NCBI GenBank assembly: GCA_030704615.1
Contig: CM060732.1
Span: 5,828,001 to 5,892,000, forward strand
Direction: 5' to 3'
Source of the DNA: Takakia lepidozioides
Lineage: Eukaryota > Plantae > Bryophyta
DNA length: 64,000 nt
Shown here: positions 49,521-63,000 of the stretch, piece after piece
How the letters are laid out: every line of letters begins with the position of its first letter
Position numbering within the stretch: the stretch's first letter is position 1
Made by a program: the position numbers and the translations under genes
The notes under the pieces: generated by a model
The model's database searches: none
What the model saw: only the letters and a program-made list of their open reading frames with translations
Told to the model about the DNA's origin: nothing

Positions 49521-51029
49521 GATTCATATTTTCTTAAAACTATTTACCTCTCTGATGAACATGTATGAGTTCAAAGAACCAATATGTTTGCATGGAACAA
49601 TTTCTTTTCTCTTGGGCACTTGTAGTTTTTAAGTTTGTCCTCGCGACATAATGCAGAAATGATTGTTAAATATGAAGGTGCTTCAGCCCGGTGTGGAAGC
49701 CTCTAGTTGCGCATAATCATCACCACGAATGTTGGTTTCAGAAAAAAAGGGTGTACAAGGCGGTTTGGTGAAAACAAGATTTTGGTTTGGAGTGTGTTTC
49801 CAAACGGGTTTCTGTAAATGGTTGGAGTACAAAAGTTAGCAACCATTAAGAAGCCTTCGAATGCGCATCATTGTCTTAATTTCCATGCCTTTCATATATA
49901 TTAGATGAACAATCTGAGGGTAAACTCGGGATAATCAGCCTTCATGGGACGTCCGCAATGAGGTTTGCAGATGCAACTACCCAGATTACAAGCAGAAAGT
50001 GAGGGCTGAAAACAAGGTTGGTCAGACCTAGGTAGTCCCAAGATGGTGTTTGTTTGACCTACGAGGGATTGCTTAGGTTTATCCTACATTTCTGATCTCC
50101 AGCTTTTGTAAGCACTGGCACATAACAAACTCGTAGATACTGAGCTATGGGAGGAGTCAGAACGACAATCAAGTGTTGAAGCAAAGTTTGGAATTCTTGG
50201 AGTACCGAGCCCTAGTCTACTGAAGCCATAAAGTACCTCCGACAAATATCCAAATCAGTCAATCACTGGTCTGCTTATGTTGTGAAGACCGTTGCCATGA
50301 CATGACAGCAGCCATGCCGCAAAATTTTACACTCCATGTGCACACTCTTTCCCTCACATACAACCACACTTCATCTGTGTCCATTTCAAGAACAAATAGC
50401 TTTTTACTTTGTACTACTATGCACACAAACCACTCCATGTTGAACAAACATGGTCAAGACCTTACAACACACATAAGAAATTATAAGCACAATAGTAACC
50501 ATCCCTCCCAACCTAACATGAGAATATGTTCTGCTCCATTCAACTAAATCTATCACTAAACCTCACACACCATGAGTAAATAATAGATTCTTGCCTAACT
50601 TATCCAGCCTTAGTTCAATAGATTGTTGTGTCTGTCACAAATTAAGGCACTAGAGAAGTATGGTCCAGAAAGAGGCAATGCATACACCACTTCCTTTAAC
50701 CTCCCCCATCTACCTGGGTTAGTTGTCATTTTTATACAGGTCCAGCTTTGAGTGGGGATGATATAGTTGGTGACAACCATAATATCCAACATTGCCCAAT
50801 AACGAATGTGGTGCTATAGTCTGTGGCGACTATAACCCTCATCTGCAGGCCACGGTCATAGGCGTTCCACCTCCTATTTCCGTGGACTGTTACCAAGATG
50901 TATGAAGTCGGCAGTTTTGGTTGCTGACCTCCACCTTTGAGGTGGTTCGGTGTAGGTTCAAGCGAGGATCGGGAACCTCTGCTCATGCTCATGCGCTCAC
51001 CGCTCATGCTCATGGATTTGCAACCCCCC

Positions 51030-54000
51030 AAGGGCGAATGTGGCTTCCCCACTCGATTGACCACCGCCAAAGGTGGACGGTCATCATGTCGCACCCTCTG
51101 TAGTTGCATCCCTTGGTCCAAAATGCCCTCAACCATGAGGTTGGGTGGCCGTTGAATAGAATCATAGGCTCTCTTGAGCAACTCTGGTGGAGCAAGATTG
51201 GTCCACCATAACCTAGGCCTATGTGCCCGTGACCCCACTGCAGTTGCATCCAATAATACAGCTGGTCCAATCCAAGACCGCACCTGATGCACACTAGCCA
51301 TAACCCTGGCCCGAGAATCCCCCATAAGAGGAACATTCTCCAAGATGTAGGTTGGAGGTTGCACTTGCCTCGTCTGCAAGTCACGCAACACTCGTAATAT
51401 GTCCCAAAACAAATGCAACCTTGCATTATGTAAGCCATTCCCATGACCTGCGGGATAGTGTACTCCTTGGCAAGGTCATCCAGCTATCACCAAATCAATG
51501 GCACCATGCCGGCCCAAATCATCCGCCCCCAACAAGATAATGTCTGTTGACAAGGCTTTTTGGTACCCTTTAATTGCTGAGAGAGGCAGCAACTCAGGGT
51601 ACTGGTGTGTGAGCAAGACAACTTGGCGCATAGAATACGCCGAGCTATTTCATCTTTCTCCACATACAAGTACTTTCGTACTTTAATCCCAACTTGCAAC
51701 ACTCTTGCAAGCCCAGTGCTCATGCCTCCAAACAGGTCTAGCAAACAAATCCTTGAGTCAGGTGGTTGCCAGGTAATGGACACTGTGTCCAATGGAGCTA
51801 ATTGAGGAGGACCAGGTGATGTCACTGAATTCTCCTCGCCCACCAGTGGAAAGGCCTCCTGCCAGGTTAGTTGCACACACTCGTCTGCTACTCGATGCAA
51901 ATTCCCAACTGTACCCCACAGTGAGCTATGCACAGGCACATGAGGAAGCAACTCAGCCTTGTATGCCAATTGCTTGTCCTCATCAGGTGGTGGCCTATCA
52001 TTTGCATGGCTATTGCCCTCCAAGAGCTCACCATCCCGAGCCACCACCCCTGAGAATGCACTCAATGTGGGCATCATGTTCCTATGATCCACCGCTACAT
52101 TCCTAATAAATCGCACTGGGAGCAGTGCATGTCGGCCATCCCCTGACTGCCACTCCGGCTTGTAGGATGTCGTTTCTTTCCAAAAGTCCAGAGTAAATCC
52201 CATGGGGTACAACACCGCCCCACCAACAAGCACATTGTCTGACATCGCGTCCGTAACAATGCCTTTGGCTTTCATGACTGAGCCATCCGTAGGACGATGT
52301 GGCTGTAGTCGAATGAAGAGCTCATGGCGTGTGATCCCTCGCGCCTTCTCTGAACCACCTAAAGACGTCTGAATCTGGAAAGGACAAGGCTCCAAATCCG
52401 TCTCTGTAAGGCCCAAGCCTGCAATTGCCGCTCTCCCCAACATCAATGGTTGAGCTCCCGAGTCCAACAAGACTCGCAGTGGCCTATACCTCCTCCCGGT
52501 TGGGCCACCCAACTGAAACACTCCATCCTGATTGTCCACCAGGACTACCCCAGGAGTCGCCATGCTGTGCTCAATGGCTGGCCTAGCTGACAACTCCTGC
52601 AGCCTTGCAGCTACCGCTTGCCATGACGCAGCTGTGGCTGACTTCACTCTCAAATCCATGACATCCATAGACTGCACCTTATCTGCTATCCCCGCAGATA
52701 CTGCCGATGCATCACCACTCTCACAGAGTCTAGCTGCTAGTCTGAAAACAACAGTTGGCCGAATCCCCGACATTGTAATTGTCATTGCAGAAAACAATGG
52801 AGCTTGACAAATTGCTGTAGCCGCCCCCAACAATGTACTGGCTGCACCTTGCTTTGCAGCATCACCCACTGGCATTTTTCGAGCCACACCAACTCTCCCC
52901 AGTGGCACTCTTGGCTCTACCTCTGACACGCTTGGACGAGCCGGCACCATCGATGGTGTGGTTGGCACTGTCTCGGCCAATGTGAAAGACTGGGAAAGCC
53001 TTGTTTGTCGACTTGCTTCCCCTCTCTGTGGATCATAATCCACATCCGCTCCCATTGGCTCAGGAGCACGAGTTGCTGCTCGAGTGACAGCAACTGCAGA
53101 GTCCACATGCAATGGCCCTGCAAGTGCGGCTCCACACATGAAGCCTATACCAATCTGGTCTTCCCTAGGCATAGGAGGTTGTGCAGGTGTGGCTTGAACC
53201 TCAGGTCTTGGAGCTGGCGCAACATGAGTAGTTGCCATGACAACAAGACATTGTTCTAGCTGGGCAAGCCTATCCACCATGCCTTGGTCATGACCTTGAT
53301 CTTGACCCTGTGCTCCTTGGTTTTGGTTACGACCTCCATCACGACCTCTACCTCCTCTACCTCTCTGGACTACATTGCCTTGTCATCGGCCACCATTGTT
53401 CCCTTGGAACTGACTTGGCCATAGCTCAGGATGCAAGTCATAACAATGGGCCTCATCATGCCCATACTTGCCACAATGCCCACACTGTAGTTGTGTAGGC
53501 TGTGCCTATGCCGACCCTTTGCCTCTCTCTGGGCAATCTTTTTTCACATGTGGTCCTCCACAATCCCAACATGACACACTTGGCTGTTGCTGGCCTGAGA
53601 ATGAAGGAAGAGACCTCTGCATCTGAGATCATCTCTGACCTTCCCTGGGCTTCGTCTGAACCCCCTTGTTGCTTTGAGCGCATTGGGGTAGTGGTTGTTG
53701 TGGGCTAAGAGCACCACTTTGTTGTGCCTCTTTGCTAAACCCCACCATAACCACTCGCTCTTTTACCATATTGAGCTCTATCCGCTCTGCTAGCAAAAAC
53801 ACATTTGTTAAGGTGGGTTGGGCCATTTGTAGGAGAGCTGCATCCCACACCCTTCTCCTAAGCTCTTTGTCCAAAATCCCATACCAAAATTGGACTGCCT
53901 GAGCTTCCATAACCCCTTGGGTTACATTTATCAAACGCCTCATACGAGTGTAAGCCTCCCGCAAACTCTCAGTAGGCTTGCGTTGGAACTCTTGCAAGCT

Positions 54001-54204
54001 CCGCAACTTCTCTGTCCTCACCCCCTGATAGTTCCTTCTCAACTCTTGAATAAACTCCACAACCGGGTTGAAGGCAGACAGCACAGGTGTTGGTGCTGCG
54101 GCAGGAGCTGGAGTGGATGTCCCAGCTCCTAATCCACTTGTTCCACTACTACTTGCAGAAGCTGCTAGTGTAGCTGCTGCTGTGGTCGTCGTGGATCTTG
54201 CCAC
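51030..54204 (-). mobile_element. Truncated Gypsy-type retroelement: gag, two CCHC knuckles, aspartic protease, C5 DNA methyltransferase
   Basis: gag FQRKPTESLREAYTRMRRL (53629-54204); CWDCGGPHVKKDC and CGHCGKYGHDEAHC (about 53440-53575); VLLDSGA protease and LLDLFGG in the same 597-aa ORF. Confidence 0.88.
51050..51760 (-). pseudogene. C5 cytosine DNA methyltransferase domain (DNMT3-like motif wording), one frameshift and one stop
   Basis: Motif I LLDLFGG, II YVEKD, IV DLVIAG*PCQG, VI YILENV, VIII AHRPRLWWTNL, in canonical order. Confidence 0.9.
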
Positions 54205-54948
54205 TGTGCCTCTAGTGATAGAGACGTAATTAGGTGACCAATATTGTCGCTACTCCTCAATCTGTACCTCATGTCCTCGCCTAAATTCATGGTAATCATC
54301 CATGGGCGGCCCCTCAAGGTGCTGGAATAGCCCCTTCCACGCCATAGAGGACGTAAACAGTTGTGGATTGCGCATCTGCTACAAATCACACCAACTATCA
54401 AACTCAATCCCACTTGGGTCATTTTATAAACTATGCGATATTGAACATACCGTCCCTGGACAACCGTTTAGGCGATAATTAATTCAAAATGAAAGTGCCT
54501 AATGCTTTTATGGAATTTTTTCAGATTTTGGCCTAATTGTTCGGAAACTATGGGACCAAAGTGCCTAATGCCCAAAAATTTCAGCAAAAAACTTTCAAGC
54601 CTCTTCTCATGTTGTTTGTAATAAGATGAAAATTTCATTGAACAAAAATCAATACAAATATATGCGTACGGAAATAACTTCCTACTTCCAATCTATTTGC
54701 GAAAACCTAATGGAGTATGGACTCATGAGGTGGGGCCGGCTAGGTGCAAGCTTGGAGGAGATTTGAGGTGGGCCTATCGGCATGGGACAAGGGGCCATGG
54801 GCATTGGGTTTCTATTTTGTATTTTTATTCTTAAGAAAATAAATGTTTTCTTTTCTCATGTACCTAATTCAAAAAACTTATAGCATGAAGATGTCTAATG
54901 TGAGAAATGGTTTGAGAAACATGCCTAAGCAGTCTGTTTGGTTTTTAA

Positions 54949-55794
54949 CCCCTAATGGACGAGGCGACCTGTTTTGGGTCGCGTCAGGGGCGCGTCAGAA
55001 ATCATCTACGATGGCAAATTGTTGGATGACATTGGATGAAAAAACTTTCTGAACAAAAGTTGTGCGCCTTGATGTCATGCACCTGCCCGTCTTTATGGCA
55101 CCCTAAAATAATAAAAGCCCTGTCGTCAGTAATTTTTTTAGTGTGCAGGGGTGCCCAAAATTGGTCGTCCAGCAGCTTTGACTTAGCGACGTGGCAGGCT
55201 GAAGGGGTGACAACAAGGCAAAAGTACAAATGGAAAAAAATGCAAATCTCTGCCTGAATTTTTGTTAGAATTCTGAATTTCTTTTTGGAGGTAGTAGTCC
55301 ATCATTCAAGGAACACTTTCACCGCAACAATTTTGATTCCAAGGAAATTTTGACCCCCTAAGCCTGAATTACATGTCATTTGAGCTCATGGTGTGTTTTG
55401 ACCCCCCTCTTTTTCCATACAAAGCAACCTTATCAAGATTTTGGAATTCTGCTTTGAAATTTTGGGGCAACATGCTTTAGGTGCCACATAATTGGAATCT
55501 GGATGGGGTCTTGTGAGGAAAAAATATTTTGTCGATCCAATTTCTTGGTCAAACCATTTTTCCACTCTAAATTTGGAGTGTACCCCAAATTTTGGGCTTG
55601 CAAATTTCTTATAATCTTCCAAATGACACGATGAAATGAGCTGAAATTTTCAGTGAAGCTGGATGAAGTAGGTAGCCTCCCATTCATTCGGTTCATCTCT
55701 GTGGATGTTAGTCTCCTGAGAGAGATACCCTCATCCACGAGGGTATGTCATGTTTTGGAGGGGACCCACCAAAAACTGCCTCGTCCGTTAGGGG
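54949..55794. mobile_element. MITE with piggyBac-like termini
   Basis: TIRs CCCCTAATGGACGAGGC and GCCTCGTCCGTTAGGGG (16/17 match); flanks TTAA (54945-54948) and CTAA (55795-55798). Confidence 0.7.
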
Positions 55795-56420
55795 CTAATA
55801 ATTATTAGGTTTGAAAACTCTGTTGACGTGGCCCCTATTCCCGCGGCCCCTGGCCTGCAGTCCACGGAAAGTGCCCGGCAGTCAAAGAGACCGGGGCGGC
55901 CGGTGCTGTATCGACCGGAACCGGCGGTGCCTGGCCGCAAGCGTGCAAGCGGAGTCAATGAGAGCACGCGATCGCTTCTTGGACTTGCGCAGCGAGCGAT
56001 CGGAGGAGGATTTTCCCTGGCGTGAAGGTATCGGGATTTGAAATTGGATTGTTGGTAGCATAATTTGGAGAGGTCGATCTACGAGGATGGTTCTTGGTGA
56101 ATGCGTTGTGAGGGATTTTGCTGTGCGAAGTCAATTGATTGTATGTGATTGCCTGCTCTTGTTTTCAATTCAATTGCACCTCTCAGTATTCGTGTGGCTT
56201 TGAGCCGCGTGCTGAAGATTCTTCGTTTGATGAGAACGATTATGTTCTTTACAGATCTGATCATTTTCTCATGTCTGTCTTGCTCGTTACGATGGGCAAT
56301 TGTTTCTCTCTTGAAGTCCTGGATTCTCTTTTCTATGTAGACTGAGAGAGAGAGATTGTGAGTGTGTGTGTGAAGGGGGATGAGGTATACCTCCTTTCTT
56401 TTTTCTTTTGTTTGATTTGG

Positions 56421-57039
56421 AGAAAGAGGACTACTGGTTGTGGCAGGGAAAAAGGGAGTAAACCAAAGTCTTGTTTTTACCTTCGGCATTCTGGCCGTTC
56501 AGGGTGCGATTGGCTCATGGTGGAGTCTAATTCAGGTTAAAGGCAGTGGCCAACTAGCAGTCATATCCAGTGCGGATTACATTCATGGTATGATCATGCG
56601 AGGGTGCGGTCCTCGTAGGTGGCTTTCGAGGTTGTTGATGCAATTATGTTGCTCTTGAGCTTTTATTCCCGTCATCACATATTACATCGTCCTAGTCTCA
56701 GAACTGTTACGTTATGTGCAGTGGTAATGGCAGAAAGAGGACTACTGGTTGTGGCAGGGAAAAAGGGAGTAAACCAAAGTCTTGTTTTTACCTTCGGCAT
56801 TCTGGCCGTTCAGGGTGCGATTGGCTCATGGTGGAGTCTAATTCAGGTTAAAGGCAGTGGACAACTAGCAGTCATATCCAGTACATTCATGGTATGATAA
56901 TGCGAGGGTGCGGTCCTCGTAGGTGGCTTTCGAGGTTGTTGATGCAATTATGTTGCTCTTGAGCTTTTATTCCCGTCATCACATATTACATCGTCCTAGT
57001 CTCAGAACTGTTACGTTATGTGCAGTGGTAATGGCAGAA
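56421..57039 (+). repeat. Recent tandem duplication (period 311 bp) in the 5' leader of the hydrolase gene
   Basis: agaaagaggactactggttgtgg at 56421 and 56732; copies nearly identical apart from a 7-bp indel and a few substitutions. Confidence 0.92.
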
Positions 57040-57053
57040 GGAGCGAGAGAGGC

Positions 57054-60000
57054 ATGAAGAGAATGAAGGGTATAAGAACAAGCTTTGAATATATGACTGT
57101 TCCCGTCATAGAGCCGCGCCGGGAGAGGGTGCTGCAACGTGATGGGCTTCCTGATCATCTCTTGGTCCTGGTCCATGGTATTCTTTCCAGGTCTCTTTTC
57201 TTTCTCTTTGACGCTCTCTGTGCAAGGGCATGAAAATATTGTGATGTTGTGTCTTCAAATGTCTATGCGACCTGGAGCTTTCATAAGTTGTGCGTCAATG
57301 TGGTAACACTACTCCCTAGGGCTGGTAGAATCATACCTGTTCGGAAATTGGGGAGATCTACAGGAATCATGTTTAGTAAAGAGCAGGAGATCAATTATCT
57401 GATTCTGCAATTCATTCTCCTACAAGCACCCAGCATATTTCGACATTCTATTCCAGCTGAAACTGCCACTCAATATTTATGGCGAGTGATGCCAACCGTT
57501 CTGGGAATCATTATTTTGTGGCTGTCTTGCAGTCCAAGTGACTGGAGGTATGTGGAAGGAGAGTTGAAGTGTCGACTTAGCAACAAGTTTTTGATCCATG
57601 GTAACCTCTTTCTTTTATGAGAGACATATACTGATTTTGGCATTTTGAATCAAATGGACCTCCTAGCATGGTGGATTCACTCATTGAGGCTGTGAATCAT
57701 GTAGTACTTTCTTAAGGCACAGCCCCATGCTTAATACACAACCCCAGCTCTCCTTTGTTACACCCAGTGCTCAGATTTGAAAATCTACACAAGTCCTGAT
57801 AAGCACAATTTGGTCAGTGCCTTAAATGGGAGTCATATCGCCGTTGAACAAATTCCCCAATATTACTTCATTTGACAATAGGCCTTCTTCCAATGGTTCC
57901 TGCTCCCATCCCTTCCCTCTCAACCTTTTCGAAAGTAAAATCAGCTTAGTATGTTGGTACACCGGCAACCATAAGCCCTTGATAAGCCCTGGTCCTACTT
58001 GCAGGCTTAGGTTCCATCATCACTGTCCTATCGAAATCTTTTGAAGGCAGGGATTTTGAATTTGTCTCTATGGCCCTCTTATACCGCGGGGTGATTTGTA
58101 CTGATTATAAAGCTCTTGAATTTGGATATTGGTTTACTTAAGAGAGAGTAACGTAAATCATGTGGGTATATTACAGCAAGTGGGGTCAACTCATATCTCC
58201 AGACATTGACAGGCATCGACTTGGCTGGCAAGCGCCTGGCTGATGAGGTAACCCTCCTTCTCAAGTTCAGTACCAGAATCCCATAGTGCCTTGGCTAATG
58301 TAGCAAGATCTCATGTCTCGAGATCGCGTTAGTGTCGCGCATAATGGAAATAGGTGCAGGATGCTCTTATATTGTTTTGCCATCCATGAGAAATTGTTAG
58401 ACTCTCGTGGAACTGGCACCTACAAGAAACATATTTACTGGAAGCAAACCAATGTAACTCATCATTTATTGGGGTTAGCATGATCTGGGAGGTGTTGCAA
58501 CTAGCCACTCACAGGTTATATGAAGAATTGCCATAGACTTTTCAAGGAGAATACCACAGAGTAGTCCCTGCTCTCTTTTGGAAATCAAATTCCATCCAAA
58601 TGTAGAGATTGTGCTTATAAGATAACGTTAATCTGGCTATGAAGTCAGCAAACTAAAGTAAATTTTGCATGCAGGTTCAGCAAATTGTTGATAGATACCC
58701 GAGCTTGAAACGGATTTCGTTTGTAGCCCACTCACTAGGAGGCCTTTTTACGCGGTATGCAATTGGGGCACTCTACACGCCACGAGATGATGTCCAGGAA
58801 CGTGTCATTCTGCTAGAAGAACTGGAGAGCCAAGGTCAGGAGTTTCCTGCGTCTAGAAGCCGATGGTGTCAGCAAGCCAAGGTGGCTGGATTGGAGCCTG
58901 TCAACTTCATAACACTTGCTAGCCCCCATCTGGGAGTAAGGGGAAAGAAACAGGTGGGATTATGGATGGTGGGAGCTGTGTTTGAGGAGAATATTTAAGA
59001 GATTTGACATATGGACTGAACTTGAAACCAAGTCTAGATGTCAAGTGGCCAGTTTGGAGCCTGTCAAATTATTTGCTTGCTCACCCCCGTTCAAGGTACA
59101 CAACCGTGCTGCTGTTCTCTTTCTACTGACTCTTTCATGCTGCTGTTCAAATCACCATGGTGGTAATGACAAGAGATTCTGGTTGGCCCTTCAACATCTG
59201 TACAAGCCGAAAAATTGTCAGCAAGTACAAGCGCTGAGGACTACTAAGGGTGCAGTGGTGACTTCAACGGACTATTCCTATGATTCAAGACAGCCCTGAT
59301 GAACTGGAGTATATTTCAAAGGGTTACCATGCTCCCATTAGTTCTTCTGAGATTGTGGAAGCAATTGAGCATTTAAACGGATATCTTGGTGGACCTGGTG
59401 ACATAGTCAACGAGCTTATCAAGCACGGTGACGACCCCATGATAGAGGCCATTGTACTGCTCTTTAACCTTATCTGGAAGACTGAAATGATCCCCTTTTG
59501 CTGGCGACAGGGGGTCATTGTCAATCAACACAAGAAAGGTGACAGAGAAGAGCCGGGGAACTATCTAGGCATCACGCTAGCTATGTCACTGTTAATGGAC
59601 AGAAGTCTAACTTCTTTGACATAGACCAAGGTGTAGCTCAAGGATGTACCCTCTCCCCTCTGCTCTTCAATGTTTTCATCAATCAACTCCTGGAGGATGT
59701 AAAAAGTGAGGGATTTGGGTTAAGGGTGGGTGATGCCACCATACCAGCCCTTATGTTTGCTGATGACTTCGCAGGCATAGGGGAGACTCCATCCATCCAA
59801 TCTTCAGGAGTTGATTGATTGCGCGAAGAGATACTTCGGCCTTTGGGGGCTAGAGGCTAATGTCAGTAAATGCGCAGTGGTTGCATTCAACGACCGAGGG
59901 GAGGGAGGAGGCGATCTCAAGTGGCAGTTGGGAAGCCAAGAGATTCCTGTCCTCCCTTCCTACACATACCTTGGTGTTGAGTTTTCCTCCAACTGCAAGT

Positions 60001-63000
60001 GGAATCTGGCAAGCGCAAAGCATTGGGTCTCACTAAATTTTTCCACTGCAGAGGGATCAACTCTGAAGTGAAAAAAGTCATGCTGTGCCGCGTTATTAGG
60101 CCTGCCTTGGAGTACGCATCTGCAGTGTGGGTTGATAACTCCAACCAGGCTAAGTCTCTAGAATCTATTCAAGTGGGGGTGCTCAAGGAGTGATGTCAAC
60201 ATGCTCCAAAACAGCTAATGTGGTTGTTCGGAGTGAGTTTGGCATCCCTCCCTTAAGCTCCCGATGAGATGAATTGTCAGCTGCAACGTATGACTAATAA
60301 CAGATATCCTAAGTTAATTGACTCTATATCTTGGAAGCAGGATTGCCCTGTCAAACAGGCTAAGTTCCTGGCCGAAGAGGGTAGAAGAGATTCTCAAGGA
60401 TTTGAATCTACCTCCACAAGTCTTGACCCTGCTGGATAAAACTGACTTAGAGGCTGTAGTGTCCAAAGCCATGTCTGTTGCCAGGAAATTGCCTGATAAA
60501 AATGAAGTTAGGCAGAAAACTTCCCTGAACTTGTTTCCAGTCTGTGACATGGGGGAGGCCATCATGGATGACCTCATTACCCACTATCAGCACTAGAGTG
60601 AAATTTAAACTCAGGGCGGGAAGCCTACCTTTGAACAGCAAACAGAATCAGAGAGGAAGATTACAAATGCCCGTTGTGTGGGCAACCTGAAGACAATGTT
60701 CATTTTCTGATTCATTCTCCTGGGTACCCTCACCAGAGAGACGCCCTCTTCAAATCCATCAAGGGATTTGTGCTTGTACCTCTTTTTACCAATTTTGAAA
60801 ATCTCGAGGCTGAGCGAAAAGCCCAGGCCCTGTTGGGGCCTAGTTGTTGGGCAAATCACACACAGCAGATTGATGCTTGTGTAAAGGGATTTCTAGAGTA
60901 TATCTGGAAAACTCGGATCAATTGTCTGTTCCAAGGTAAGTCATACTACTGGCATCAGCCCCTGAAGAAGGTATTTTCTGACCCTTTGTGTTCTACTCAA
61001 ACTGGGCGCGGGGTCAATGGCCACATGGCTACGGCAAACAACGTCTTACGAGTACATTCTTTCTACTGTGATTTCAAAAGTTGGAGTTATTTTGGTTTAG
61101 TTACAGGGTTATTATGTGATGAAATTGGTCATGAAACTGTTCCATTGGATTGCCCCAGCTACCATTTCTGTTGGGAGTGCCAGTACTAGAGAAGTTGGCT
61201 GCACCAGTGGCGCCACTTGTGGTAGGACGGACAGGACGGCAGCTTTTCCTGACAGATGGAAAGCCCAGCGAACCCCCTCTACTCCTGCGCATGGCCTCTG
61301 ACTGTGCAGAGAGTCCCTTCATGTATGTATGTATATTCTCACCTCTTATGGGCTGTTGTAGTTCCTGTATTGGATGACCGAAATTGTGAATATCTCAACC
61401 TGGAATGGGTTTGTTTGTCAGCTTGAAGGTTATGTACTTTTGAGTTTTACTGACATGTGGTGAGGACTTGAATAATGCAATTGCACTCAAATCGAATCAG
61501 TTGACAGTTATTTTCCCATTCTGTAAACAACAAGCTGCTTTGAACCTGAATTCACAGTTTCTGTTGAAACTAACAGAGTTGCATACAGAATGTATGTACA
61601 ACCCTCCGCTAAGCACTTTCTGCAAGAAGATAGATCTTTTTATCACAGTCTTCCTTTGCTTGTGACGAGTTGTTTTGTCTGGTTCCCTGTAGATGGCTTG
61701 TAATTACTGCCAGCAAGCACATTTTAGGACTTTGATTTGTTGTCTGGTGCAGATCTGCACTTCGAGCTTTCAAGTCAAGGGTTGCCTATGCCAATGTCAG
61801 CTATGACCGTATCCTCTATGAACATTGAAAGTGGACCCAGGTTCGATGATGGGTGAAAAGTATGGGAAAACAGGTATTTCTGTTAAGCTGAAGTTTGGCA
61901 GGCAGATTTAAGAGGTCGGTATGTCCAAATGGACAACCCACGCTCTTACAGCCACCTGAACATCAGATATGGATGCATGCATTAATTAAGAAATATTAGC
62001 CTGCCTGGGTGGACTGTGTGCACTAGCTGGTTATGTCTTTGGGTGGGTTTATTTGTTGTGGATGGATCACTTTTTTGTGAAGAATGGTGGACGTGTGTAA
62101 ATTAGAGTCTACAAGCTCCAAGTTTTTCGTGCCTATCCATTTTTTGTCACAAGACCCTGGCTAGGAAATCTAGCTGACAGTACAATGGCCACTATATCTG
62201 ACCCACACATGTTAAAGCAATTAAAGATGATACCCTCTGCCATAACCAACAGGTTCATGTTCACCCATCTCTTTATGCATAGAGGCTGAGAAAGGGATTT
62301 ATCCTTGAGGTTTTGGGCTACAGATATGGTGGGCTGGCGTACATCTTCAATTCGAAGAGAGAGTGAGCTGTCAAAGGTATGACCTACCTTTACCACCATG
62401 AAGTTCCTATAAAAGGGAACAAGCTAATGCTGTAGCTTCTTGTTCTTTTGCCACTGGGACACAACTTTTGGAGCTTCATGATTTGGAGTTTGATTCAAAG
62501 TTGCGGGTGGGAATGCAACTTGTGTTACCAACCAACATTCTTTATATGTTCATTTATTATGATTCTTATCTTCAAGTGATACATAGCCTGCACAGGTGAC
62601 AGCAATTGAGTTACAAGGACGAGTATTGATTTTAGAACTTCCATTGACATTGTACTAGGAAGCACAATGTTGTACCGAGCACCACACTAGCCTCATGCCT
62701 AAACACAAATATAACACAGGCAGCACATGGGCTGTGATGCACTTCCAGAAACACCTAGGGACCAGCCAGATAAAGAGCTCGACCCTACAATATGGAGAAG
62801 TATGAGGAAACAGATGTTCAGACCATGACAGTTGGCCATGTAAAAATACAAAGCTGGGAGCAATGAGGTGTGCAGTCATGGCAGACAGAGATAACAGATT
62901 TAGACTTGTAGAATATGAATTCTTACTGTGGTGTATGGTTTGAATTGTTTGCAGCCGCCACGCAACTCATTGGATGGGTACAAGCATGTTGTGAATGTGG

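Noticed and set aside
50732-51030. C-terminal part of ORF 50732-51418 as methyltransferase sequence
   Set aside because: After VGKPHSP the frame runs into the ATGAGC-repeat end of another element (SMSMSGERMSMS)
51050-51760. Host DNMT3 or DRM gene
   Set aside because: No introns, no PWWP/UBA domain, canonical non-permuted motif order, and fused to a retroviral-type protease ORF
54450-54475. PBS and 5' LTR for the DNMT-bearing element
   Set aside because: Only a loose resemblance to a tRNA-complementary site (cggttgtccagggac, minus strand) and no identifiable LTR
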